A DNA stretch of 64,000 nt from a bacterium. GTDB lineage: Bacteria > Bacteroidota > Ignavibacteria > Kapaibacteriales > Kapaibacteriaceae. Positions 40,985 through 50,396 of this stretch are shown here, piece by piece. The stretch lies in NCBI GenBank assembly GCA_034440235.1, contig JAWXBR010000017.1, forward strand, positions 12,566 to 76,565, given 5' to 3'. Each line of letters starts with the position of its first letter. Position 1 is the stretch's first letter. The notes under the pieces were generated by a model. The model saw nothing but the letters and a program-made list of their open reading frames with translations, had not been told where the DNA came from and searched no databases. A program made the translations under genes and the position numbers.

Positions 40985-41347
40985 GTGATGCCACTGCAAG
41001 AAGATCGCACGCCGTTATGGTGCGCGCAAGAACAACTCGAAGCGTACAACTCTCGCGACATCGAACGCTTTGCGAACGTTTATGCAGATGACGTAGAACT
41101 CATCGACCTGGCAACACACACCATTTTTTGTAAGGGTCTTGATGCGCTGCGCGATCGTTATGGGGCATTGTTTGCATCACGTCCCGACCTTCATTGTACA
41201 CTCACCCAACGCATGAACTGTCCGCCATTTGTTATCGACGAAGAACTTGTTACCGGACACACCGACAGCACCATTCACGCTATTGCCATCTATGAAGTCG
41301 CCGATGGCTACATCCAACGCGCATGGTTCGTAAAGGAACGTGCATGA
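40985..41347 (+). CDS. SnoaL/NTF2-like family protein
   Basis: QLEAYNSRD..F, VIDEE, AIYEV..G.I...WF. Confidence 0.85.
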   Translation: MMPLQEDRTPLWCAQEQLEAYNSRDIERFANVYADDVELIDLATHTIFCKGLDALRDRYGALFASRPDLHCTLTQRMNCPPFVIDEELVTGHTDSTIHAIAIYEVADGYIQRAWFVKERA

Positions 41348-42260
41348 CGCCTCGACTTCAGATGTGCAAGGAACGTGGATGACCAACGATCACGTTCAGA
41401 TTTATGCTGACATGCATTGTCATACGACATGTTCAGACGGACGTCTTACGCCGTATGAACTTATCGACAAGGCAGAGAAGGCCGGAATCCAGTGCCTAGC
41501 AATTACAGACCACGATTGCATAGACGCCCATCATATTCTGAAAGCCGATGGATACAACGGTCCGGTGCGAGTTATCACCGGCATCGAAATCTCCTGTTAT
41601 GAAAACGGACGCGAAGTGCATCTCCTTGGGTATCACGTCAGTCCAGAAAACAAGCGCCTCGCAGAACTCTCGAAAGAATTTCGTCTCGACCGCGAACGTC
41701 GCGCACGTGAAATGGTCGCCCGTCTGCATCGCATTAATGTAAACATATCGTATGCCGAAATCGAAGACGCTGCTGGCAAGGCACCCATCGGCAGACCACA
41801 CGTTGCAAATGTGTTAGTACGCCGAGGTTTTGTGCCCTCTATTCAAAAAGCCTTCGACACGTACCTCGACACCGGACGTCCGGGTTATGTGGCTCGCTCC
41901 CCCTACGCCGTAAAAGACGCCGTCGATCTCATCCATGGCGCAGGTGGCGTGGCATCGGTTGCACATCCGTCGAAGACATACACCGACCCGCGTCTTTTTC
42001 TTTCGTTGATGTCCACCGGACTCGATGGTATAGAAGTTTATCATCCGTCACACTGGCACGTCACACGCGAATACTATCGCGTGCTCGCCATTCAACACGG
42101 CCTCTTAATTACAGGCGGTTCTGACTACCATGGCACACGCGATTACGATGAACGCAACTTTGGCATTTTTGGCGTTACTGTCGAGCTCTTCGAAACAATC
42201 GAACAACGTTCAAAAAACATGCGCATTCAAAACAGTCAGCCTCAGCCCCTTACAGACTAA
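41340..42260 (+). CDS. PHP-domain phosphoesterase (YciV/RNase AM-like)
   Basis: DMHCHTTCSDG, AITDHD, GRPH, AHP, GGSDYHG. Confidence 0.92.
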   Translation: MHDASTSDVQGTWMTNDHVQIYADMHCHTTCSDGRLTPYELIDKAEKAGIQCLAITDHDCIDAHHILKADGYNGPVRVITGIEISCYENGREVHLLGYHVSPENKRLAELSKEFRLDRERRAREMVARLHRINVNISYAEIEDAAGKAPIGRPHVANVLVRRGFVPSIQKAFDTYLDTGRPGYVARSPYAVKDAVDLIHGAGGVASVAHPSKTYTDPRLFLSLMSTGLDGIEVYHPSHWHVTREYYRVLAIQHGLLITGGSDYHGTRDYDERNFGIFGVTVELFETIEQRSKNMRIQNSQPQPLTD

Positions 42261-42273
42261 AGCCCCTTACGTT

Positions 42274-42765
42274 ATGAGTACTTCTGGCGCACCTGCATAT
42301 ACCGACAAGCCCGATGGCAGCAGCAGGCGCATTGGCATCGTGGCTGCTTCGTGGCATAACGACATCGTTCAAATACTTATCGACGGGTGCCGTGATTGCC
42401 TCCTTAGGCACGGTGTACACGAGAACGACATTGTTATCGTTCGTTGTCCCGGCACGTTCGAGATTCCCCTCACCGCAGCCTACATGGCCGATACCGGAGA
42501 GTATCACGCCATCGTTACGCTCGGTGTTGTTGTGCAAGGTGAGACCCCGCATTTCGGCTTTATTGCTGGCTCGGCGGTGGATGCACTTCAGAAAGTCGGT
42601 CTCGACAGTGGCGTTCCTTGTGTATTTGGCGTGTTAACTGTCAACACCATCGAACAGGCATGGGAGCGGGCAGGGGGCGTGCACGGCCACAAAGGGGCTG
42701 AAGCCGCTGAAGTGGCGTTGAGAATGGCGCAGATTATCGACGATTTGACCGATGCATCTGAATAG
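42274..42765 (+). CDS. ribH: 6,7-dimethyl-8-ribityllumazine synthase
   Basis: PGTFEIP, GETPHF, FGVLT, EQAWERAG. Confidence 0.96.
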   Translation: MSTSGAPAYTDKPDGSSRRIGIVAASWHNDIVQILIDGCRDCLLRHGVHENDIVIVRCPGTFEIPLTAAYMADTGEYHAIVTLGVVVQGETPHFGFIAGSAVDALQKVGLDSGVPCVFGVLTVNTIEQAWERAGGVHGHKGAEAAEVALRMAQIIDDLTDASE

Positions 42766-42799
42766 AAGACGTTATTTGACGCAACAATTAGGATAGTAC

Positions 42800-45067
42800 A
42801 TGCTGCACCAGAATCTCTGGTTCCGAATATCGTTTGCGGCGGCAATTGCTGTGATAACGATGGTTGCATTTGTAGCGGCCGTAGGTGTTGGTGCTGCTAC
42901 CGCAACAGCGCAGAGCGTTCAGGTAAGCAACTGGCGCACATACTCGTCGATGCGTGCCGTTGCTGCGGCCGATGTCGACAGCAAGGGACGCATTTGGGCC
43001 GCCACTTCGGGTGGAGTGTTCGTGTACGACCAGGCCAACGATACCGTTATCGAGTTTCGGAATATTGGTGCGTTGTTGTCCTTAGATGTCACCTCGGTCC
43101 TTTGTGATCGAAGCAATACACGCGTGTTTGTTGGTTGCAGTGACGGCGGATTACATGTAGTTACCGAAGACCTAGTCTGGACGGCAATTACAGACATTAG
43201 ACGTGCAACGCAATACCCACGACGAGCCATTAACGACTTTGCCCTCGATGGGTCGACACTGTACATGGCCACTGGGTTCGGCGTTGTTTCGTACGATGTC
43301 GACAGGAATGTTTTTATCGAGACTGTAGACCGCATTGCTACGATGGGTGCGAAGACATCGGTACACGGCATTACAATGTTTCAGGACTCAATCTGGCTAG
43401 CAACCGATTCTGGTGTTGCCGTTGCTGCGAAAAACGTTCCGACGTTGCGACTGCCTTCGGTTTGGACGTCGCTTTCGACCGCAGCAGGACTGCCACGTGC
43501 GAGTGTGACGGGAGTACGAGCAAACGCAACGAACATCTTTGTGTCTGTCGGCAACGGAGTATTTAAGGCCGACGGTCACACATTTTCGCTGTTGTACGGC
43601 TCGTCCGATCCAATTCTTTCTCTGGCATCGATCAATGGCGAGCTCACGTTCTCCGACAAGAAAGAAGTTCGTACGCTCGACGCAGCATTGCCTGTTACAT
43701 GGCCGGGTCCGCTCGTCGGCCACACAGCTCTAATGCTAAACAATGTTATGTCTCACGTCGCCTTTGTGCAGGATAAATCGATTGCCATTTGGCAGAACAA
43801 TGTATTAACACCAGTCGAAGTCAACTCCCCCATCTCGAATCAGTTCGCAAATCTTGCAATGGATACAGATGGTGGATTATGGGTAGCTACTGATGTCGAT
43901 CCGCCGCGCACCGGCGTTGGTGTTGCGTACTTCAATGGTTCGGTATGGCGAAACTTTACGTCGCAAACGGACGACGCCATAAAGACCAATGCCTGTTATC
44001 GTGTATCGGCCCTAGCCGACGGAACAGTATGGATAGGCACGTGGGGTTCGGGCGCAGTTCGCGCTGTGCGCAACAATGGTGCAGTAGAACTAACGCGTTT
44101 TACAAGCAGCAACTCAAGCCTTGTAGGAATTGCTGTCGACAACAACTACGTACTTGTTGGTGATGTTGCTCTTGATAGAAACGGCAATACGTGCCTTGTA
44201 AACGAGCAGTCGGGCACAAAACTCATGGCGACGATTCGCACAGATGGCAGTGGAACATCATTTGAGAATTGTAGCGATCCGAGAAACAACTTCTACCGAT
44301 CGATTGCAGTAGACGGTGCCGGGAATAAATGGATAGGCAGCCCCTTCGCCAATGGTATTGTCGTTGTGAACGACGACCTCTGCAACATCGTTCGCTCAAG
44401 CAACACGCAGCTTCCGGATAACACCGTAAACGCAGTACGTGTAGATCGGTTGGGCGCAATGTGGATTGGCACCATAAAAGGTGTTGCGGTAATCTCGGGT
44501 CCGTCGGCAATTACCAACACCTCGATTCCATTTCTACGACGCATAACAGCACTAACAACCGTTGTCGTAAACGACATTGCCGTTGATGCACTCAATTACA
44601 AATGGATTGCAACAACGGGTGGTGTGTTTGTGCTGAACGAAGACGGTACCGAAGTACTTGCAACCATCACCGCAGCAAACTCTCCGCTCCTCGATGATAA
44701 TGTCCGTTCGGTTGTCGTGGATGATAAAACTGGCACTGCGTTCTTTGGTACAAGTGTCGGACTCTCTACCGCGCGGACACAAAGTATACGTCCGGTAGAA
44801 ACCTACGCCCTCTCCTTCTCGCCCCAACCATACCGTCCGTCGCAATCTGGTGCTCTCACCATCGACGGCCTTGCAGCCGACTCTGACGTACGCATCATGA
44901 CAATCGACGGCGCTCTTGTCGCAGCTCTTCAAAGCCGAGGCAGGCAAGCCTTATGGGACGGCACAGACGTTCAAGGCCGTTTCGTTACACCAGGCGTGTA
45001 CGTCGTACATGTCGTTAGCGCTTCGTCGAAAGAGTCAGCAGCGGGCAAGATCGTCGTTACGCGATAG
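42800..45067 (+). CDS. porZ: PorZ-like T9SS accessory protein (beta-propellers plus Ig-like C-terminal domain)
   Basis: NWRTYSS start, repeated VD..NYKWIAT blades, NSPLLDDNV, WDG...GVY..GKIVV end. Confidence 0.82.
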   Translation: MLHQNLWFRISFAAAIAVITMVAFVAAVGVGAATATAQSVQVSNWRTYSSMRAVAAADVDSKGRIWAATSGGVFVYDQANDTVIEFRNIGALLSLDVTSVLCDRSNTRVFVGCSDGGLHVVTEDLVWTAITDIRRATQYPRRAINDFALDGSTLYMATGFGVVSYDVDRNVFIETVDRIATMGAKTSVHGITMFQDSIWLATDSGVAVAAKNVPTLRLPSVWTSLSTAAGLPRASVTGVRANATNIFVSVGNGVFKADGHTFSLLYGSSDPILSLASINGELTFSDKKEVRTLDAALPVTWPGPLVGHTALMLNNVMSHVAFVQDKSIAIWQNNVLTPVEVNSPISNQFANLAMDTDGGLWVATDVDPPRTGVGVAYFNGSVWRNFTSQTDDAIKTNACYRVSALADGTVWIGTWGSGAVRAVRNNGAVELTRFTSSNSSLVGIAVDNNYVLVGDVALDRNGNTCLVNEQSGTKLMATIRTDGSGTSFENCSDPRNNFYRSIAVDGAGNKWIGSPFANGIVVVNDDLCNIVRSSNTQLPDNTVNAVRVDRLGAMWIGTIKGVAVISGPSAITNTSIPFLRRITALTTVVVNDIAVDALNYKWIATTGGVFVLNEDGTEVLATITAANSPLLDDNVRSVVVDDKTGTAFFGTSVGLSTARTQSIRPVETYALSFSPQPYRPSQSGALTIDGLAADSDVRIMTIDGALVAALQSRGRQALWDGTDVQGRFVTPGVYVVHVVSASSKESAAGKIVVTR

Positions 45068-45139
45068 CCGTTCCGGCATACTAACACAGCTCGTACATTT
45101 TCCGCGACCTTCTTTTTTGTCCGCCGTTTCCGATCTCCG

Positions 45140-45147
45140 TATCTTTG
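45140..45147 (+). promoter_or_regulatory. -7 promoter element of the tRNA
   Basis: TATCTTTG 7 nt before the tRNA 5' end. Confidence 0.6.
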
Positions 45148-45154
45148 TTGCTCT

Positions 45155-45237
45155 GCGGAGGTGGCGAAATGGCAGACGCACTACCTTGAGGTGGTAGCGC
45201 CCGAAAGGGTGTAGGGGTTCAAGTCCCCTTCTCCGCA
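45155..45237 (+). tRNA. tRNA-Leu (anticodon GAG), CCA not encoded
   Basis: GCGGAGG acceptor stem, TGGCAGAC D loop, CTACC-TTGAGGT-GGTAG anticodon arm, long variable arm, GTTCAAG T loop. Confidence 0.96.
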
Positions 45238-45249
45238 CACAGTAGTTTT
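45217..45249 (+). repeat. att core, left copy
   Basis: gttcaagtccccttctccgcacacagtagtttt, identical to 50899-50931. Confidence 0.95.
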
Positions 45250-45287
45250 CTAAGATTTGCAGGTCTTACGCTAAACTCTAAACAAAC

Positions 45288-45322
45288 AAGGCGCTTACGG
45301 GTTTTCTCTCGTAGGCGCTTTT
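45288..45322 (+). terminator. element-supplied hairpin terminator after the tRNA
   Basis: aaggcgcttacggg-ttttc-tctcgtaggcgctttt. Confidence 0.55.
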
Positions 45323-45343
45323 GCTTTATTGCATAACATTTTA

Positions 45344-45396
45344 TGCCCTTACTACCCGTTTTGCCCTTACTTTGTTGCCCTTACTTGCCCTTACTT
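45344..45396 (+). repeat. integrase arm-type sites (4 x TGCCCTTACT)
   Basis: Four direct copies upstream of the integrase; two more at the right end. Confidence 0.75.
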
Positions 45397-45448
45397 GTAC
45401 CATTAACGGATATTGGGGTCAGTTCAGAGTAACTACGAGGGTGCTTTT

Positions 45449-46807
45449 ATGGGAATAGCGATACGGTATAGTGCCAGTTTTGAACTAGCGAATCCAAAGG
45501 GAAACAACCGCGGTTCTATTCGTGCAATCATCACACACGCAAAGCAGCGGTTACGCTTCCCGATTGGCCATGATAGGATCGAAGTAGACAAATGGGATAG
45601 CAAGGCGCAACGCGTAAAGGGCCACACTCGCAAGGCAAAGGACGCCAACGAGCGTATCGAGGAGATTCGCAGCACGGTAGATATGTGGTTCGAGCAAGAC
45701 ACACCCGGCCAACTGTCCGAACTTCAGTTTACACTTACGGGCAAGTACCCGAAGAGCGCAACACTCGATTCGAGCGGAACACCCGTTGCACCGGGCAAAG
45801 GCATAGAGGCATTATTCAGCGCGTACATATCAGACAAAACGAAACCGGGTAAAAAAGTTATCAGCATTGCGACGGTTAAGGGATTCGAGACAGTACAGAA
45901 AGCGTTAGTGCAATTCGAGCAAGGTACACGTACCACCCTCTCCCCTGCCAGTTTCGCAATGAATACGCGTCAACAAGCACACGACGCAAAAGAACTAGAG
46001 CAGTCCATATCGGAGTGGCTCGCAACGCAACACGTCCGACAGGACAAGAACAAGGGAGCGAAGGGGCTGAACGACAATACACGTTATCGTGCCATGCGGA
46101 GACTTTCAACCGTGCTAAAATGGTCAGAGGAACAGGGCATTGCCGGGGCAAACAAATTGCACACTCGATTTGCGTATGGCAAGGTTGAAGCATACGGACA
46201 AGTTGCGCTAACCGATGCAGACATAACCGCAATCGAGGCACTAGAACTTGAACCGCAAACCCAAATGTGGCACACTCGCAATATGTTCTTGCTAGGTTGT
46301 CGAACCGGCCTTCGCGTCTCCGATTGGCACAAGGTAGACCCTAAGCGATGGAAAGAGGAACACCAAACCATACCCACAACCAAAACAGGCGGAACGGCAA
46401 CCGTTGTGCATACCGACGAAGTGGTTGCAATTCTACGACTGTACGAAACGACGGGACTACCGACGTTCCTACGACCGAACAACAATGGGAATATCAATCA
46501 CAACGCAAAGCTAAACTTGTGGATTAAATCGTTGTGCGCAATGGCAGGACTTACGCGTCCTACCGATAAAATCACCAAACAGAACGAACGCAAGCAAGTA
46601 ACGACAGTACCCTTTTACACCTTGGTTTCGACACACACCGCACGTCGGACGTTTGTCACGCTCGCACGTCTTAGCGGCCTTTCGGACGTGCTTATTGCGA
46701 TGCAATCGGGGCACGAAGACCTAGCGACACTAAAAACGTATACAAAGGCAACAGCGGATGATCTGGCGGCAATGGTAAAGGGCAACACAAAAAGGAATAC
46801 GAAATGA
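45449..46807 (+). CDS. int: tyrosine recombinase/integrase
   Basis: Arm-binding N-terminus (KWDSKAQRVK..N), TGLRVSD, KT, HTARRTF, SGH, Y catalytic residues. Confidence 0.95.
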   Translation: MGIAIRYSASFELANPKGNNRGSIRAIITHAKQRLRFPIGHDRIEVDKWDSKAQRVKGHTRKAKDANERIEEIRSTVDMWFEQDTPGQLSELQFTLTGKYPKSATLDSSGTPVAPGKGIEALFSAYISDKTKPGKKVISIATVKGFETVQKALVQFEQGTRTTLSPASFAMNTRQQAHDAKELEQSISEWLATQHVRQDKNKGAKGLNDNTRYRAMRRLSTVLKWSEEQGIAGANKLHTRFAYGKVEAYGQVALTDADITAIEALELEPQTQMWHTRNMFLLGCRTGLRVSDWHKVDPKRWKEEHQTIPTTKTGGTATVVHTDEVVAILRLYETTGLPTFLRPNNNGNINHNAKLNLWIKSLCAMAGLTRPTDKITKQNERKQVTTVPFYTLVSTHTARRTFVTLARLSGLSDVLIAMQSGHEDLATLKTYTKATADDLAAMVKGNTKRNTK

Positions 46808-47718
46808 GTTTAGCATACACCGACCCGGCTGGATTTGAGGCAATGGTTCTGCTTTTGCCCATGGAGAACCGTGCGTTACGCATTGCAAGGGACGTATCGG
46901 ACCTATGCTTCGAGTTGGCGGAAGCTAAACAGCAGCCCGGCTTGCACGATCCCAGTTTGATAAACTTCGCATACGACCATCCCGAAGGTGTGGCTCCGAA
47001 TCGGTTGTATATGCAGTTCGCTTTGCTTCGAGCATACTGTGATGAAGATGGCGCGTCGCTTACCGGGTTTGATCGTATGAAGGTACGACACACGATTCGG
47101 CACTACGTACGAATGTTCAATGCCTGCCAATACGCGATAACCTTGAATATCGAGCAATGGGCCGCGGTGGGCTTCCCCGACGATTGGACGCCTCCAGATC
47201 AAACAATCACACTTGCTTCCATAGGTCCACATCATCAAGGTGAAAAACCGCTCGTGATAGGCAGCGAGACACAACAGGCGATTTCAGATGAGATGGACGT
47301 TTCAATTGGAACCGTCAACCTGATCGTGAACGCTCCCAATTTCAATCTTCAGCATTCACCAACCCCTAGCCCCTTTGAAAAGTTGAAAATTGAAAGTGAT
47401 GCGATGGACGAAGCAACACCCGGCGCATATGCAAATCCACAGTTGAAAGTGTCGCTAGCAGCGTTGTGTGTTTGGTGGAAGCAGCGGGACCACGTTTACA
47501 TGAATTCGGGAGGATTTGACGGATTGTACTCTTGGGTCGTCGAACAACAGATACTTAACTCCCAAGGCACCACCATTACGAAGGCCTCACTCAACACAAA
47601 GTGGAACGGAAGCAGCGACGTTGGTACTACACCTGAGGGAAAGCGTCGAATTGCACCTTGGTCCGACCACTTTGCCAATCTAGACAGGCGTTGGCCACCT
47701 TCTAACGAAACGACCTGA
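46804..47718 (+). CDS. hypothetical protein containing a 53-aa segment shared with the helicase C-terminus
   Basis: 304-aa ORF, ATGA-coupled to the integrase. Confidence 0.7.
   Translation: MSLAYTDPAGFEAMVLLLPMENRALRIARDVSDLCFELAEAKQQPGLHDPSLINFAYDHPEGVAPNRLYMQFALLRAYCDEDGASLTGFDRMKVRHTIRHYVRMFNACQYAITLNIEQWAAVGFPDDWTPPDQTITLASIGPHHQGEKPLVIGSETQQAISDEMDVSIGTVNLIVNAPNFNLQHSPTPSPFEKLKIESDAMDEATPGAYANPQLKVSLAALCVWWKQRDHVYMNSGGFDGLYSWVVEQQILNSQGTTITKASLNTKWNGSSDVGTTPEGKRRIAPWSDHFANLDRRWPPSNETT
47269..47427 (+). repeat. 159-bp direct repeat, copy 1
   Basis: Matches 49279-49437 with 4 mismatches by eye. Confidence 0.93.
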
Positions 47719-47801
47719 AAAATTCCAACGCGTTGTCAACGCGTTAACCTTACCACATCCTTGCATTCTTGCCTTTGAGTTTCATAACAAAAGGAAAGAT
47801 C

Positions 47802-48092
47802 ATGCAACAGACAGTGGTCATCGCGACCGAAGAAATTCTCGACTCGATAAAGCAAACGATCCAACAAGAGTTTGCGCTCGCTAGAAACCATAGGCCTAAC
47901 GCCCTCACTTCTAGCACTTCGGTAGCCAAGGCTCTGACCTTCGCAGACGTTGCCCGACGGCTTCGCATATCAGCCCCGACCTTACGGGCCATGCTCAAAC
48001 GAGGAGACATAGAGGCCTTTCGCGTTGGCTCGAATTGGCGTATCACAGAAGATGCTCTAACCACGTACCAAAGTGGCAAGGGGGCAGCATGA
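47802..48092 (+). CDS. excisionase-family HTH DNA-binding protein
   Basis: LTFADVARRLRISAPTLRAMLKRGDIEAFRVGSNWRI; AAGGAAAG upstream. Confidence 0.88.
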   Translation: MQQTVVIATEEILDSIKQTIQQEFALARNHRPNALTSSTSVAKALTFADVARRLRISAPTLRAMLKRGDIEAFRVGSNWRITEDALTTYQSGKGAA

Positions 48093-48307
48093 CAACCGAA
48101 GAAATGGCCCAATTGTTTGTTGCTTCTGTGTTAGCCGGAGACATTGAGACGGTACTGCGCTTGATAAACGAGCTTATGGCTCGTATACGAGCGCTCGAAG
48201 GGCGAATACGAATGATGGAAAGTCGGGTTGTCACTGCCACCAATGGAGACCGTGACCGAGGCACGAGAGCCGATCTTTTGAAGCGTTATGGGAAGCCACT
48301 CCGATGA
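48089..48307 (+). CDS. small coiled-coil hypothetical protein
   Basis: ATGA overlaps at both ends; heptad LINELMARIRALEGRI. Confidence 0.65.
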   Translation: MTTEEMAQLFVASVLAGDIETVLRLINELMARIRALEGRIRMMESRVVTATNGDRDRGTRADLLKRYGKPLR

Positions 48308-49557
48308 GTGAGCCGACACCGAACTATGTCGAACAATTCGACGCGTTCCCACAAAGCGCAAAGGATGCGATTGTCAACCGCGCACTCGATATGGGCATTG
48401 GTTCTATGGAGCCTGCGCACGGCATCGAAGTGTTACACAACCTTGGTGACGTTCGGCAGCACTGCAAAGCAATATCGTGGGCGTGGCCGCATTGGATCGG
48501 CAATGGCTTACCGACGCTGATTGTTGCTGCACCGGGCATCGGAAAAAGTACGTTGGCGTTATGCCTCGCACACTGTGTGTATGCGGGCACACCGTGGCCG
48601 GATGGTACACCCAACACCACAACACAAGGGCAGACGCTATGGATCGAAACGGAAGCGGGACATAGGATGCACGTAGACCGTGCCGAACGGTTTTGCATTC
48701 CGGACGAAGCCGTCGTGTTCGCAGCCAGGTTCGATGAGACTGTATCCTTTACAGACAAGGAATTTTGCGAACGCGTCATGACCTATGCGTTGCATGATAC
48801 CATACGCATGATTGTCATTGACTCACTTTCGGGCTGGAGCAGCGGAGACGAGAATAGTACAACTGCGGGTGATCCTATGAAGTTTACAGGGTTGCTAAGT
48901 CAGCGTTCGGGAAAGCCAACACTTGTTGTGCATCACTTGTCGAAGGTTGGTTGGTCGTCCGATGTAGACAACCCGCCGACCCTCGCCAATGTACGTGGTG
49001 CAGGCGCAATCGTACAGCACTCTCGCATTGTAGTGGTGATAGATGCACCATTCAAGGACGAACCCGACTTGCTACGGCTGACCGTCATCAAAAACAACTA
49101 CGGAAGTGAACGACCGAGTATTGGTGTTCGACTCCAAAGCAACCGACTAGAAGCGTTCGACCTTCGATCAGCAATTCGCGAAGCTTCACAGTACAACGCA
49201 GACAACCCGAGCCAATCGGCAAAGGCCAAGCGAGCAACCCGAGATGCTCGTATCCGAGAATTGTATCAGCAAGGCGTCACACAACAGGCGATTTCAGATG
49301 AGATGGACGTTTCAATTGGAACCGTCAACCGGATCGTGAACGCTCCCAATTTCAATCTTCAACATTCACCAACCCCTAGCCCCTTGGAAAAGTTGAAAAT
49401 TGAAAGTGATGCGATGGCCGAAGCAACACCCGGCGCAATCGACTTTTACAGCGAACCTCTCCGTATTCCGGGGCTGAATGACACACCCAATCCGTTCGAC
49501 GTCGTAGACACGTTCGATACGCAGCGCAGACAGTACAGCAATCAAGGGGTGAACTAA
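48304..49557 (+). CDS. AAA_25/RepA-like helicase with C-terminal HTH
   Basis: Walker A AAPGIGKST, Walker B MIVIDS, VVHHLSK, RGAGAI, KNNYG; HTH RDARIRELYQQGVTQQAISDEMDVSIGTVNRIV. Confidence 0.85.
   Translation: MSEPTPNYVEQFDAFPQSAKDAIVNRALDMGIGSMEPAHGIEVLHNLGDVRQHCKAISWAWPHWIGNGLPTLIVAAPGIGKSTLALCLAHCVYAGTPWPDGTPNTTTQGQTLWIETEAGHRMHVDRAERFCIPDEAVVFAARFDETVSFTDKEFCERVMTYALHDTIRMIVIDSLSGWSSGDENSTTAGDPMKFTGLLSQRSGKPTLVVHHLSKVGWSSDVDNPPTLANVRGAGAIVQHSRIVVVIDAPFKDEPDLLRLTVIKNNYGSERPSIGVRLQSNRLEAFDLRSAIREASQYNADNPSQSAKAKRATRDARIRELYQQGVTQQAISDEMDVSIGTVNRIVNAPNFNLQHSPTPSPLEKLKIESDAMAEATPGAIDFYSEPLRIPGLNDTPNPFDVVDTFDTQRRQYSNQGVN
49279..49437 (+). repeat. 159-bp direct repeat, copy 2
   Basis: Matches 47269-47427. 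Confidence 0.93.
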
Positions 49558-50036
49558 TGCCCAGACCCCTTACAACCGTGAACGAACGGCTCGTTGAAAC
49601 GCTCGCAAAACATCACCTTACGACCAAGGAAATTGCCTACGTCATCGGCTGTTCGGTTACGACGTTGAACCATCGTTTCCGTTCAACTATTGACCGTGGA
49701 AGGGCTTTGGCGGTCGTAAACCTACGAGAGATGCAATGGAAATCAGCGATGCGGGGCAACGTCCGTATGCTCATACACTTAGGAAAGCATACGTTAGGGC
49801 AGACAGAACAGGGCTTGCGGACTCGCACCGACTACGCTAGTACCATTGGCGACTCGGAGGGCATCGTGCTGGATCGGAGGCGACAACGAACCGACAAACC
49901 GGACAACGAAGCGGACGAAATGACAGTTGCACCCCTACCGACAGAACCGGAAGCACCGCACAAAACCCCGCAAATACTGCCTTTTGTTACATGGGAAACA
50001 GAGGAATACGAGCCAATGGTTGCCAATTTTAAGTAA
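49557..50036 (+). CDS. HTH protein resembling a phage terminase small subunit
   Basis: TTKEIAYVIGCSVTTL HTH followed by LREMQWKSAMRGNVRMLIHLGKHTLGQ; TAATG-coupled to the helicase. Confidence 0.6.
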   Translation: MPRPLTTVNERLVETLAKHHLTTKEIAYVIGCSVTTLNHRFRSTIDRGRALAVVNLREMQWKSAMRGNVRMLIHLGKHTLGQTEQGLRTRTDYASTIGDSEGIVLDRRRQRTDKPDNEADEMTVAPLPTEPEAPHKTPQILPFVTWETEEYEPMVANFK

Positions 50037-50070
50037 GTGGTTATATTCTATACACTTACGTTTTTTGCAC

Positions 50071-50098
50071 CTGTTAAATAACGTATGTTATGTAAACT
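50071..50098 (+). other. dif-like XerC/D recombination site
   Basis: CTGTTAAATAA-CGTATG-TTATGTAAACT, 11-6-11 layout. Confidence 0.7.
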
Positions 50099-50204
50099 AG
50101 AAACGAGATTCATTGCTTAATGGCGGGTTGCTCACAATTAGGTCAAGTCCTGAACAAGCCCGCCAAAAAAAGTATCGAGTTTTTCATATCATTCTAACTT
50201 GCAT

Positions 50205-50394
50205 TGTGCTAGTCCCCGTTTGTTCGTAGCGGGACTCGTGATTGTCAGTTGATAGAAAAGTTTGTGAGTTGTGCAGTCGATGATAGAACTTGAGGCAACG
50301 ATATGTTGTTCTTCCGTAAGTACTCAGCAGGCGATACGTAGCCGACCCCGCTGTGAATGCGTTTGTGATTGTAGAACTGCACCCATCGTGTGAA
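50205..50394 (-). pseudogene. IS3-family transposase 3' remnant with probable terminal repeat
   Basis: 50394-50245 translates FTRWVQFYNHKRIHSGVGYVSPAEYL...*, followed by ...GGGGACTAGCACA end. Confidence 0.75.
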
Positions 50395-50396
50395 AA

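Noticed and set aside
47269-49437. 159-bp repeat as a DGR template/variable pair
   Set aside because: The mismatches (T/G, G/A, T/G, A/C) are not adenine-specific in either copy, and there is no reverse transcriptase.
50121-50171. TGGCGGG...CCCGCCA-A run as an intrinsic terminator
   Set aside because: The hairpin is not followed by a U-tract on either strand; function unclear.
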